Source of the DNA: an uncultured Methanosarcinales archaeon
GTDB taxonomy: Archaea > Halobacteriota > Methanosarcinia > Methanotrichales > Methanotrichaceae
Direction: 5' to 3'
Length of the DNA stretch: 64,000 nt
Assembly (NCBI GenBank): GCA_963843555.1
Contig: CAWJKV010000011.1
Location: 1 to 64,000 of the forward strand
Shown: positions 31,568-42,793 of the stretch, one piece after another
Layout of the letters: each line of letters begins with the position of its first letter
Position numbering within the stretch: the first letter of the stretch is position 1
Program-made: the position numbers and the translations under genes
The notes under the pieces: model-generated
Databases searched by the model: none
What the model was told of the DNA's origin: nothing
What the model saw: the letters and a program-made list of their open reading frames with translations, nothing else

Positions 31568-31706
31568 TAAAATCCAGCCTCACTATGGTAATAGTATACG
31601 TTTAAGTATAAATAACTTTGAGGATCGAAACATTAGAATATCTTAACCTTGTGATCTTTAAAGAGCATTTTGAGAGATGCCGATCTAACAGTTGAATAAT
31701 TTCTTT

Positions 31707-31822
31707 GAAGGCAGCACAAAAGAATGCGAAGCAAGACTGGAAGGACGGACTTCGCCAGGCAGCAAGGATGAACTTGTTGCCAGAAGCATGCCATCACTTC
31801 GCCGGGAGACTGCAAAAAGGAT
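31707..31822 (+). repeat. Family-A repeat 3' half marking the right border of island 1
   Basis: gaaggcagcac...gactggaaggacgg...gccaggcagc...catgccatcacttcgcc. Confidence 0.8.
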
Positions 31823-31876
31823 CAGATTCAAAAAAAAATGACAGGGAGCAAAAATAAAACCCGGTCAAGAGTTTTT

Positions 31877-33386
31877 CTATCTGATGAGAGTCTTTCCGCT
31901 CATTGCCTCAGGCTGGTGTATATGCATAAGCTGCAGAGCTGTCGGCGCGACATCCGCCAAAATGCCGTCCTGGCGCAGGCCGTACTTTATGCCATCCTCT
32001 ATTATCAGCGAGAAGGGCACTGGATTTGTAGTATGAGCGGTATGCGGCTGGCCAGTGGTCAGATCGGTCATCTTTTCCGCGTTGCCATGGTCCGCGGTGA
32101 GCAGAACTGCGCCCCCTTTTTCCAGGATTTTATCCACGATCGTTCCCACACACTGATCCACAACCTCGACCGCCTGCACAGCCGCGTCGAATACGCCGGT
32201 ATGGCCCACCATATCGGGATTGGCGAAATTGAGGACAATGAAGTCATACTTGCCGGAATCGATGCAGGCCATTAGCTCATCCGTAACCAGGTAGGCGCTC
32301 ATCTCAGGCTGCAGGTCATAGGTGGCAACTTTAGGAGACGGTATGAGAACGCGATCCTCTCCGGGATTGGGCAGTTCTTTGCCGCCATTGAAGAAGTAGG
32401 TGACATGAGCATACTTCTCAGTCTCTGCTATGCGCAGTTGCGAAAGATCGCATCGGCTTATGACCTGGCCCAGGGTGTCGCTCAGGTTCTGCGCCGGGAA
32501 GGCGATGGGCACATCCAGGCTGGCATCGTATTGGGTCATACAGGTGTAATAAACCCGCATCGGTTTTATGGAAAAGTCCTGGAAATCCCCCTCAACAAAG
32601 GTTCTGGTAATCTCGCGCGCTCTGTCGGGCCGGAAATTAAAAAAGATGATGCTGTCTCCGTCCTGCACCAGACCATTGCTATCCACCACAGTCGGCTGGA
32701 GGAACTCATCATTCTCGCCTCGCTCGTAGCCGTTCTCCACTGCGATCTTTGCCGTCTCTGCCCTGCAGCCTAAACCCTCCGTCAGGCAGCGGTAGGCCTT
32801 CTCCACGCGCTCCCAGCGCTTGTCTCTATCCATGGTATAATAGCGGCCGCTGACTGTGGCCACCTTGCCGGTGCCTATCTGCTCGAACTTCTCTTCCAGC
32901 TCCCGGAAGTAGGTCAATGCGCTCCGAGGCGGCACATCCCTGCCATCGAGAATGGCGTGCACATAAACGTTTTTCAGATCCTGTTTTTTGGCCATCTCCA
33001 GAAGCGCATAAAGGTGAGTGTTGTGGCTGTGCACCCCTCCGTCGGAGAGCAGACCGATCAGATGCAGCTTGCCGTCTTTTGCCTTCGACCATGGCTTCCA
33101 GCAGGACAGGGTTCTTGCCAAAGCTGCCATTCTCCACGGCCAGGCTGATCCTGGTATAGTCCTGATAGACGATTCTGCCGCCCCCCAGGTTGAGATGCCC
33201 CACCTCTGAGTTGCCCATCTGGCCTCGCGGCAGGCCTACGGCCAGGCCGGAAGCTGCAAGAGTTGTGGTTGGAAAGTTCTTCCAGAATCGCTCCAGGTTA
33301 GGCTTGCGGGCCCTGGCTATGGCATTGCCCTTCTCGATTGGGCTTATGCCGAAGCCGTCCATGATAATAATAGCTAAGGGCTTCAT
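31877..33386 (-). CDS. gpmI: 2,3-bisphosphoglycerate-independent phosphoglycerate mutase (frameshift near 33090)
   Basis: [33 protein letters not shown]. Confidence 0.95.
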
Positions 33387-33416
33387 CTCACAAGAGTCAT
33401 GATTCGAGCGAATATA

Positions 33417-34067
33417 TTAGATCTGCTGTTCTTTGAATCCCTCTGCTCCTATGAGGGGAACGAAGATTACTCCCATCTTCGCCTCCACTTCAAAGCTGTC
33501 ATCCTTTCTTGTTACCAGGAGCAGCTCCTGGCGGTAGCGGCCCACCGGCAGAACCATCTTGCCGCCCACAATAAGCTGCTGCTTGAGCGATTCTGGAATT
33601 TGCGGGGCTGCTGCCGCCACGCTTATGCGATCGTAGGGAGCATGCTCCGGCAGACCGATGCTTCCGTCGGCTTCAATCATGGATACATTCATGATTTCGG
33701 CCTTTTCCAGATTTTTCCTGGCCTGAACTACCAGTTCCGGCTTGCGCTCTACAGAATAGACGTGTCCCTTGGAACCCACGAGAACTGCCATTACCGCGGC
33801 ATGATAGCCGCTCCCTCCACCCACTTCCAGAACCTTCATTCCCGGCCGGAGGTCCAACAGCTCGCACATTACGGCCACCATGTGCGGCGCGGAGATGGTC
33901 TGGTCAAGTCCGATGGGGAGGGGCGTGTCATCGTATGCCCTCCGTTCAAGATGCTCGGGCACGAAAAGCTCTCTAGGAACCCGGGACAATGCCATGATAA
34001 CCGGTTCGCTGACGAGTCCGCGCAGATCATCGAGAAGGTATTCCTTGTTCAAAGCTCCCGACCCCAT
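33417..34067 (-). CDS. pcm: Protein-L-isoaspartate O-methyltransferase
   Basis: QTISAPHMVA, VLEVGGGSGY, APYDRI. Confidence 0.93.
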   Translation of the reverse strand: MGSGALNKEYLLDDLRGLVSEPVIMALSRVPRELFVPEHLERRAYDDTPLPIGLDQTISAPHMVAVMCELLDLRPGMKVLEVGGGSGYHAAVMAVLVGSKGHVYSVERKPELVVQARKNLEKAEIMNVSMIEADGSIGLPEHAPYDRISVAAAAPQIPESLKQQLIVGGKMVLPVGRYRQELLLVTRKDDSFEVEAKMGVIFVPLIGAEGFKEQQI

Positions 34068-34621
34068 ACCCGGACGATGTCTTTAGCCTCGGCTCTATCG
34101 ACAAAGCCCTCGCCGCGCAGCTTGATCTTGACTATGCGGAATTTGTTTCCTTCAACCTGTCTTACCTCGCCCACCTCCAGGGTTTCATCTCCCTGAACTT
34201 TGATTTTGAGCGAGTGGCTCATGCCGTTTCGAAATACTGATATCTTTAAGGGCACCTCGTCCGTCGCCCTGGCCCAGACCGTCTTTACGGCTTCGGCGGG
34301 AGCGCTGTTTACCCTCCGGTCGGTCTCCAAAGATGCGATCTGCGTCATGACGACATCTGCTGTTGCATCATCCACCAGGAGCTCATCGCCCACCCTCAAT
34401 ATCTCCCTGGCAGGGATATGGATGAAGTACGGCTTTGATATTTCATCTTTGCTTACAATCACCTTCAGATTGACGAGCCGCTCGCGTTCTTTCTGAACTG
34501 AATGGACGGTCTCGCAGTCAATGCATCGCACCAGGTTCTCCTGCCCGGATTTTATCAAAGCATGTTCCGTATTCGCGCCACAGGTGGGGCAGAAGATCTC
34601 GTCTTCAAGCATAGCATACAA
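34049..34621 (-). CDS. HVO_0476-family zinc-finger protein
   Basis: CPTC...CIDC..VH; AKDIVRVW C-terminus. Confidence 0.8.
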   Translation of the reverse strand: MYAMLEDEIFCPTCGANTEHALIKSGQENLVRCIDCETVHSVQKERERLVNLKVIVSKDEISKPYFIHIPAREILRVGDELLVDDATADVVMTQIASLETDRRVNSAPAEAVKTVWARATDEVPLKISVFRNGMSHSLKIKVQGDETLEVGEVRQVEGNKFRIVKIKLRGEGFVDRAEAKDIVRVWGREL

Positions 34622-34836
34622 TTATCCTGCAAGGTAATTAAGTATGACCTAATTGTGACCTGAATATAACTCCGGAATGAGTGCCCGGATGGGGCCGAAG
34701 GATACAGTCGAAAAGCAAAATTTTCTGAATATTCAGAGGTCATGAGATTTGATGAGATCAAAAATTTTTGAATTTTGCATCTCAGTTATTTTCAACAAGG
34801 GAAAAATTTTTTAATGAAGAGTTGTAACTTATACAT

Positions 34837-35043
34837 ATGAAAGAAATGATTGAAGATAATCATACCTTGAACCGTGGAATAGAAGAATGCTGCAACATCG
34901 CCGAGAGCATGATAGATGAGATACATCAGATAGTAATACCAGAGAGCGTGATCTTGCCTGCAGGCGGAAGGCATAAAGGCTCTTTAAAGAAAATGCTCCT
35001 GCGGCAGATAAGACAGGCGAGGAAGATGGCTATGATGGGTTAG
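34837..35043 (+). CDS. Small hypothetical protein
   Basis: 68-aa ORF between AT-rich intergenic stretches. Confidence 0.4.
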   Translation: MKEMIEDNHTLNRGIEECCNIAESMIDEIHQIVIPESVILPAGGRHKGSLKKMLLRQIRQARKMAMMG

Positions 35044-35215
35044 GGCAAGGCATCGAAACACCGAAATACCTTTTTCTCCTTATCGAAATATATTCAGATT
35101 ATATTCGGATTTTGTTTTGCGATTACGAATTCAAAAGTTATTAAAATTATTTTAATTATGTATTATCACGCCCGGCACGAAAACTATATATATTAATTTA
35201 GTAAGTAATTATATT

Positions 35216-35899
35216 GTGAACTCTAAAGTTTGCTCTATCCCTGAATCATGCTCTGAGGTGGAAGTGGACCTTAAGAGATTGGATCGCATGCTCCAGGCAG
35301 CCCACCGGAGTTCCATCGACATAAAAGACAGCTATGACTTTTATGTCTTAGCTTTAAAGGAGTTCAACAAAGAGAATTTATCTGAGTCTTTCCTTTACTG
35401 CGATAGGGCAAAGTACGAGCTCACGGGTGCCATTAATGAGGCCAAGATCAAGATCAAAGGCTCCCGATTTCACAGCTTGAGGACCATATCCTATTTCTTC
35501 AAGCTCTACGGCCTTTACGCCGTTATTTTCGCAATGCTGGCCGTCCTGTTCTTCAGCCTCCTGATCTACAGGTATTCTGAGGTGGTCATCCTCGGAGTTC
35601 CCCTCTGGTCCTCGTTCTTCGCGGGCCTGGGCGCCTCCGCTCAGATCCTGACGGGCGTGGCCGATGACCTGCGCCGCTACGGGCTGGCTTCGCGATACAA
35701 GAGGCTCTGGTACATGGCCATACCGCTTCTCGCCATGGTATTCGGCTACATGGCCTATCTGGTCCTGGGCTCCGGGCTGATCGTGCTGGATGGCGGCTCC
35801 GAGAAAAGAGTCTTCACCATCATGTTCCTGTGCTTCCTGACGGGTTTTCTCACCAAATGGCTGATCAATAGACTGTCGCGAACGTCCAGGGATATTTGA
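35216..35899 (+). CDS. Membrane protein (about 4 TM)
   Basis: Hydrophobic C-terminal half; TATA-like tatatatta upstream. Confidence 0.7.
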   Translation: MNSKVCSIPESCSEVEVDLKRLDRMLQAAHRSSIDIKDSYDFYVLALKEFNKENLSESFLYCDRAKYELTGAINEAKIKIKGSRFHSLRTISYFFKLYGLYAVIFAMLAVLFFSLLIYRYSEVVILGVPLWSSFFAGLGASAQILTGVADDLRRYGLASRYKRLWYMAIPLLAMVFGYMAYLVLGSGLIVLDGGSEKRVFTIMFLCFLTGFLTKWLINRLSRTSRDI

Positions 35900-35959
35900 G
35901 ATCCGTAAATGCAAGCCCTGCAAGCCTCGCGATGAAATGGCAAGCTCTATTAACTAAAA

Positions 35960-36560
35960 TTTTATAGGCACGCGAATCCGACAGGTCGGACATCTCGAGC
36001 AGTCCTGAGGTCGCTATCTTTTTAATATTCTATTTCTAATGCAGTTTCACCTGACGACCTGACCGTTGTTGCAGGCGAAGCCTCAGGAAAGGTGCTTTTC
36101 CTGCGTTTGGAGGGAGTTGGGCCTTCTCCTTGAGATTGCGGCAGACTAAAACACCCGTGAGCTCAGGATAGAGTCATATATGGCGGATGAAAATCGAGAT
36201 ACTTTGACATCATAGACTTGAAAAAATGCGGAAAGTCGTGGGCTACATCCAGAGATTGGAACTCTCGATTAGTCAGCAGCTTACCGTCGTCGCTCGGCCG
36301 GCCGCGGCCTGGAGCGGCGCCCCCGTTAGCGCGGGCGGCCCACAGGGCCGACTCGCGGCACCCCGGAAGAATGCGTGATGCTGTCCTTGCTTGCATCTAC
36401 ATAGTCCAGTCTGCATTTGAATGACATTAGCATATCGTTTACTCAGGCGCAGACGATTATCTCACTTCTTCTTCCGGGGTTCCGCGCGGTTAAACGCGCT
36501 GGGGTAACGGGGCCCACTCCAGGCCGTGGCGGCCCCCCTGACCCCGCGTCCGCGGGGAAC
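35960..36560. ncRNA. Candidate structured non-coding RNA or element; family unknown
   Basis: No convincing ORF; ~70-bp imperfect inverted repeat (36299-36371 with 36469-36533) plus terminal hairpin ccccgcg-tc-cgcgggg. Confidence 0.4.
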
Positions 36561-36646
36561 AATCTATGAAGCTTTGCCCTTTATGTGAAATAATATACAT
36601 CGAGCCAATTCTTTCAATAAATTTTATAATTTTCAAAATTAAAAAT

Positions 36647-37643
36647 CTAGCACGGCACTCCCACATAGATATTATGCTTGTTGCTCACGATTCTCACCCG
36701 CACGCTTCCCTGCTTCACAGGACAGTCCATAACCGAGACTACGCGGTTCCTGGCCACGCCCAATTGTTCACCCTGCACCCAGCCCGGTGCCCTGATCTCC
36801 ACCCAGGCCTTCTCCTTCTTCTCAAAGACCGTCGGGATCGTGGGACGCTTCTCAATCCCGAAGTCCTGGGCCTTGAGCCGCAGCGGTATGGAAAACTGCT
36901 TCTCCCAATCAGGCATGCTGCTGTTATAGAAGTGCCACCAGTTCTCTGCCTTGATCTTGCCCGGAGATCTGCCCAGCCGGTAATGCTCAAACTTCTGGAT
37001 GCCCAGTGGCGGCCACTTTTTTCCTGCACCCACCTTTAAGGCAAACTCGATCAACCCCGGAATCTCGTCGTCGTTGATGCCGGGCATGTACACGGGCGCA
37101 ATCATGAGGTCGATCTTGCTCTCGGCAATATTCCTGGCCACATCCTTGACTTTCTCTATATCAAACCACGGCACGCCTGCCAGATAGGCCGCTTTCGCGG
37201 GCTCCAGGGCATGAATGGAGAGGTTGATGCGGTCCAGTCCCGCCTCTTCCAGCGCTTTGATCGTATCCGGATCGAGCAGAGTGCCGTTGCTCTGCATGCT
37301 GACGACGCTCACATCTCTTATCTGCTTGAGCCTTTCCACCAGAGGCACAATATCCGGATAGAGCATGGGCTCGCCTGGTGAATCGATGTGGCACTCCACC
37401 CCTGGACCCTTGAAGGGAGCGATCTCCTCGACCGCTTCCATGAGATAATCCAGTTCCACCTGGTAATCGGTGACTCGCGACTCGGGATTGAGGTCCGGCA
37501 TCCACGGAGCAGAAGGGGCAATTCAGGTTGCAGCCACAGCTCGGCCTGATCTGCAGAAGGTTGCTGCCCCGGTCGATTACTCCGAAGTAGAGACATCCCA
37601 TCAGCGGAATGTCCGATTGCTGGGTTATGTGAAAGAGCGACAT
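36647..37643 (-). CDS. Radical SAM protein with C-terminal TRAM-like domain (frameshift near 37480)
   Basis: CNLNCPFC motif; GEPMLY; SNGTLL. Confidence 0.85.
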
Positions 37644-37653
37644 CTTGACGGCC

Positions 37654-40600
37654 TCACCCACCTTTGCCTGCACTCAGAAGCTGGGAATAAGTTGAGAGGG
37701 GCTCAGGATATCGGTATATCGTCCATGCACCATTCAATGGCATCAGTATATCGCTCAGGATATCACCATCGTGCCGTTCTCTCTCTTGAGGACGCCCCCG
37801 GGAAGGCTGCCGTCGCTCGAGCTGCTCGGAGCTCTGAACAATGCTGCTTGCAATGCTGCTTGCCCCCCCGGCTTCGAAGGTCCGCGAATCCATATCCCCG
37901 GAGGTCCAGGCAGCATCTTTTCGCTCCAGCTCCACGCCTTCCCGGCTCAATACCAGGTCGACGAGATGCACCCGAGAGATCTCATCCAGCCTGACGAACC
38001 TGGCGGGATCGAACTGCAGAACGATGGTAGTATTGCCGGGAACAAGATTGCTCTTCACAGTCTCCGTTCCCAGCTCTCGTCCGCATCGTCCACAATGGTG
38101 CCGCGAATCATGTAGCTGCCCGGTTTGATCACAGACACATTGACTCCGACGGCGATCAAATCACTGAGCTGTCTGGTTGACAAAGCCGGTTATGTAGGCA
38201 GGTGGCGCCTGGAACTGCTTTGGGGTCTCGATCTACGGTTATGTTCCCCTCGAACCTGTCGATGAAGTTTCCACTTTCGTCGCGCAGGATCAGATTCTCT
38301 ATCTGCATTGGCCCGCACTTGCCCGTCCTCCAGATATCAATACCGCTGATATTGACGCTTATGTTGCCCGTCTTCTCCAAACTCTGGCTCTGGTCGATAA
38401 GCTCAATCCTGCTGCCGCTGCAGTCAAACAGCACTCCTTCCAGTCTGTACTCTCCAGGAGTCGTGATGTTCAGGCCAAAGTCCAGAGAGAGGAGGTCGAA
38501 TTTGCTGTCGTTATCGCTGTCTACAACCTTCTCCGAAGTCAGGCCCTGCAATTTAGGGCCGGCTACGGTCACGCTTACCGGAATCTCAACGGTATCATTA
38601 TCAGAAGAGATCTTTATGTAACCGTCCAGCCTGTGAAGCGATGGATTTTCGGGTATGGTGATATTGGCCTTTACAGTTCCATTGGAGTCGCTCTCTATTC
38701 GCTCCGGGCCGTTGGTCGTGATCCAGGACCACGGCGCCTCTGCATATTCCTTGAGAATGACTTTAAAGGACTCTGCCCTCCATCAGGAACATTGTATCCG
38801 TAGACTTTCAGGGTCCAGTTGCCCAGCTCAGGATTGTTGATCTCCACAGGACCTAAATCGCCCGAACCTAAATCCGCGTTCTCTTCCTTGCCGATGCCCG
38901 CAGGGTTCTCGAAGACAAGTGCAACCTCTGACTCATTGCTACCGCCCACACGAGCTAAACTCTGCAGATATCTTCTTCGTCCCTTCGGTGACATTTACGG
39001 TCTTATTCCAGGTTTCTTTGTATCCCACATGACCCTCAAACTCCTGGAGAGTGGTGTTCTCGATCACCTCTGTATAGCTCAAATTCTCCAGAGCCGGGCC
39101 TCTGTTCTCTACCACGAATTGAGCCTGGGCATTCGTTCCTGGAGATGCCGAATCTATGTTCCACCTCCTGGGCGTCGTCTCAACCATGCTGCGCTCGGCA
39201 TACAGAGTATAGTTAACTGGGATCGATGAATTCTCGCTGTGCACAGCCAGAAGCCATCTTCCTGAAGGCGGGCCCTCAATGCTGATCCTTTTTGCGAATA
39301 ATCTGCGGCTCTCCAACATAGTACTCGCTGGTAGGTGAAAGCAAGAAGAGATCCAGGGTGGAGTTCACATTCCAGCCTAGAGTTGCTTTGAGGCCGCTTG
39401 TGCCCACCGGCATGTCCAGGTAGTAGTAGTCCCATTGGCTTTTATTCAAGACGCCGGCCTTGCTGCCCAGTCCCTTGGAGATGTTGATCGGCTCTGCCAC
39501 CAATACACTGACAGGTATACTCAGGATCTTCTTGCCGGCATCGGTCACGTCGATGGACCCGCTGTAAACTCCGGGTGCAGGCTTCCGCCGGCACCTTCAT
39601 GGATGCAGCAAAGACCTCCTGATCATTGGCCGCAATATGCTTCGGGAAGGTCCTGCAAGCTGATCCAGTCAGATATCTCGCCCGTTGCCGAGATCTTCAG
39701 GTCGTCTATCCCCTGGTTGCTGAAGAATACAAAACGCGTATTCCAGTCCTGATCGCCCGGTGCCAGGGAATAGAGCTTCTTTTGAGGTCTATCTGCACCG
39801 GTATTCAGGCCCACATAAACTCCTGCGCCGGATGGCAGGTAGGCCCAGCGTCCCGCATTCCATTGATCTGGAATGACTCCAACGATGTCGTCGTCTATGA
39901 AGCTGGTACGACCGAAGGGCATCCAGGAGACCTGCACCCTGATAGTACTCTTCATAAGGCTCACCCAAGGTGTTGTTCAGCTTGACAGCACCCCGGGTTA
40001 TAGCCGCCTTGACCCCCGCCGGCGTGAGATTACTATTCGCCTGCAGGAGCAGGGCAGAAAGACCTGCAGCTACCGGTGTAGAGAGGCTGGTGCCCGACTC
40101 GCGAGCATAGTAGACATCGACATAATTCAGCCCTTCCAGACCGGGAGGCACCGGGAAGATGATATCCACGCCGGGAGCGACAACATCGGGTTTAATCCGA
40201 TCGTCCCTGGTGGGCCCGGAGCCCGAAAAGCTGGCCATGCGGCCGTTCGCATCCGTGGCTCCCAGAGTGATGACCTTCACTCCGTCACCTGGGGAGTCGA
40301 TCAGACCGGGGGGCAAGGCCAGAACGATTGGAACAAGGAAGAAATACACATCCTCTTTATTGCCGCTGCCGCCCGCGAGCTGAGATACGTCAACGGGAGT
40401 TCTGCCCCGGCCAGCCTGGAGGGTTGCGGTTCCCGGCCCCTGACCTCCATGTTTCACTGCTATTGCGGTTGCCTGCCGCCACGCAGACCACGACGCCGTT
40501 ATTTGCGGCATTGTCTGCGGCCATGGTTATGGGCGGATTGGTCTCGCCCAGATTTATGCCACCCAGGCTGAGGCTCAGGACATCTGCACCATTGTAAATG

Positions 40601-41305
40601 GCCCACTCAATCCCGGCGATGATATCAGATACTTTGCCGTCTCCCTTGCTGTCGATGACCTTGACATTGAGAAGGCTTGCTCCTGGCGCAATTCCCTTAT
40701 ATTTTCCTTTTGAGGCATTGCCCGATCCCGCAATGATTCCTGCCACCATTGTGCCATGACCCAGAAGATCGTCTGCCGTAACCTCATCGGTCAGGAAGTT
40801 CTTTTCGGCTACCACCTTGCCGATCAGATCCGGGTGATTCTTGTCTATCCCCGAATCGAGTACTGCCACAGTGACCCCCCGGCCGTCGATGCCCTTCTCC
40901 CAGAGCTTATCTGCGTTAATGATCTGGGTCGGAGAGATATACTGGTCCTGCGATGAATTATTGCCCGCGGAGCCGATATTTTTGCTGAGTCGTCAAAATA
41001 GATGCCTGTTTACAGAATCGCTCTCTGCTATCCTTTTAATGGCCTGGGAGCTCGCGTCTCCAGCCAGGCCGTGAATGAGGCTGTACCTGTATCTTGACAG
41101 CAAAATCGTCCATATTGGGATCGCCAACGCCGTTCAGCATCACAATTACAGGTATCTTTTCCTCGCCGGCTTTGAGCCGCTCCGCCAATGCCGGATCTAT
41201 CTTCTGGCTGGCGTCAGCTGGCAATACATCAATTATCTGTGCGGCAGCAGAAGCTGCCAAAATTATGCACGCTGCAGAAATAAGAATGAAAATCCTTCGA
41301 TCCAT
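37654..41305 (-). CDS. Large secreted S8 subtilisin-like protease with C-terminal beta-sandwich domains (many frameshifts)
   Basis: Signal peptide; AVLDSGID, GHGTMVAG, AAGN, SGTSLSTP. Confidence 0.85.
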
Positions 41306-41414
41306 GATCAACCTTACCTGTCGAATGGTTTCCTGGCCCGTCTCAAAATCACAATAGACAATGGATTCAATGTGAGTAGATAATGCTAAATAAACCTGTG
41401 GTATTCTAGGATAG

Positions 41415-42194
41415 ATGATGCTGGAATGGCTGGTTCCCTATCTGCTCTGGATTAGCTTGCTTCTTCTCCTAGCCTCGGCCCTGACCCGAAAGAGCCTCAT
41501 AGCCGTTCCGGGATGGGCTATCTTTGGCATCTTCTGGTTCTCCCAGCTCGGGCATTATCTGGCCATAGAGGACTACTTCAATGTCGTTCTCTTTTTAGCG
41601 GCAGGTCTCATGAGCTTCTACATGGCCTGGGTCGTTATGAAGAAGGGCTTCACATCAAAGGCCTATCTCTGGGCTAGCTATGCGGCCGCAGTCTGCGGAG
41701 TCATCTATTTTCCTTTTGCCGAGATCGAGCCACTTCAATATGCATTGATAAGATTTACCACTCTCATGACTGTATGGACGCTTCAGCTCATTTCCGTTCC
41801 CGTGATAATGGAGAGTTGGAATATGATGACCCTGAACGGTCGATCGGTGGAGATCATCCTTGCTTGCACGTCCATTGAGAGCATCGCACTCTTTGCCGGG
41901 TTGATTCTCTCTGTTCAGGCGCCAATAGGTCGCAGGCTGGCTGCACTGGCAGTAGCCACGGTTTCCATTTACCTCTTAAACATCGTGAGAAACGGATTTG
42001 TAATTATGGCCTACGGCTGGAGCTGGTTTGGCAGCGACAGCTTCGAGATCGCCCACAATATCATCGCCAAGGCAGGGTCGGTGGCAGCCCTTCTGGCAAT
42101 ATCTTACTTAGTATTCCTGCTCTTGCCGGAGCTTCTGACGATCATAGACGAGCTGGTGGCAGAAATAAGAACTCCCAGAGGAGATGCAGTTTGA
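41415..42194 (+). CDS. artA: Archaeosortase A
   Basis: Multi-TM; IILACTSIES, LNIVRN, SFEIAHN. Confidence 0.9.
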   Translation: MMLEWLVPYLLWISLLLLLASALTRKSLIAVPGWAIFGIFWFSQLGHYLAIEDYFNVVLFLAAGLMSFYMAWVVMKKGFTSKAYLWASYAAAVCGVIYFPFAEIEPLQYALIRFTTLMTVWTLQLISVPVIMESWNMMTLNGRSVEIILACTSIESIALFAGLILSVQAPIGRRLAALAVATVSIYLLNIVRNGFVIMAYGWSWFGSDSFEIAHNIIAKAGSVAALLAISYLVFLLLPELLTIIDELVAEIRTPRGDAV

Positions 42195-42793
42195 AGCTAG
42201 CCAGAGATTCCACTGCCTGGATATCGGTGCCCATCTTTCTGACGGCTGCTCTGGCCGTGGCCGGAAGCTGGTACATGTCGGCTATGGCGTTGGCAGGCTT
42301 TATCTTCATGATCTTCTTTCACCGTGACCCTGACCGTTTGCCTCATGGAGATGGCATGGTCTCACCCGCGGACGGAAGAATCATTCAGGCCACACTGGAA
42401 AGAATCACCGTCTTCATGGGTCCGTCTGATGTGCACGTAAACCGTGCGCCCATGGACGGGACGGTTCGCAGCATCGAATACAGGAAGGGCACCCATCTGC
42501 CTGCTTTCCTGAACCAGGCAAGCCACAACCAGCAGAACCGGATAAAGATCGAGACAGTGGATGGTGATATCGAGCTGCGCCAGATAACGGGGACCATGGT
42601 AAGAGAGATTGTGTGTTACGTTCGTCCCGGTGATCATGTGCTCCGAGGAGAGAGAATAGGCATGATTCGCTTCGGCTCGCGGGTGGAGGTAAGCCTTCCC
42701 AAGGGCTACAAATTGCAGGTAGAGCTGGGCGACAAGGTCCGGGCCGGAGAGACAGTGGTTGCCGTGAAGTGTCCGTCAGTGGAGTGCTCATGA
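42191..42793 (+). CDS. psd: Phosphatidylserine/archaetidylserine decarboxylase
   Basis: FFHRDPDR, SPADG, DVHVNRAP, GMIRFGSRV. Confidence 0.93.
   Translation: MKLARDSTAWISVPIFLTAALAVAGSWYMSAMALAGFIFMIFFHRDPDRLPHGDGMVSPADGRIIQATLERITVFMGPSDVHVNRAPMDGTVRSIEYRKGTHLPAFLNQASHNQQNRIKIETVDGDIELRQITGTMVREIVCYVRPGDHVLRGERIGMIRFGSRVEVSLPKGYKLQVELGDKVRAGETVVAVKCPSVECS

Noticed and set aside
20714..31822. Repeats as a CRISPR array or canonical integron attC sites
   Set aside because: Units exceed 100 bp and are separated by whole genes; no cas genes; no consistent RYYYAAC/GTTRRRY ends; no intI in the window.
35960..36560. SRP RNA, RNase P RNA or group I/II intron
   Set aside because: Only short partial look-alikes (ggaaagtc, gcagactaaa, atagtcca); full signatures and a host gene are absent.
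36540..36562. gttccccgcggacgcgggg (minus strand) resembling a type I-E CRISPR repeat
   Set aside because: Single copy, no spacers, lacks the usual 3' tail.
37654..38058. Subtilisin as a PGF-CTERM substrate of the neighbouring archaeosortase
   Set aside because: No PGF motif, TM helix or basic tail is visible at the C-terminus.
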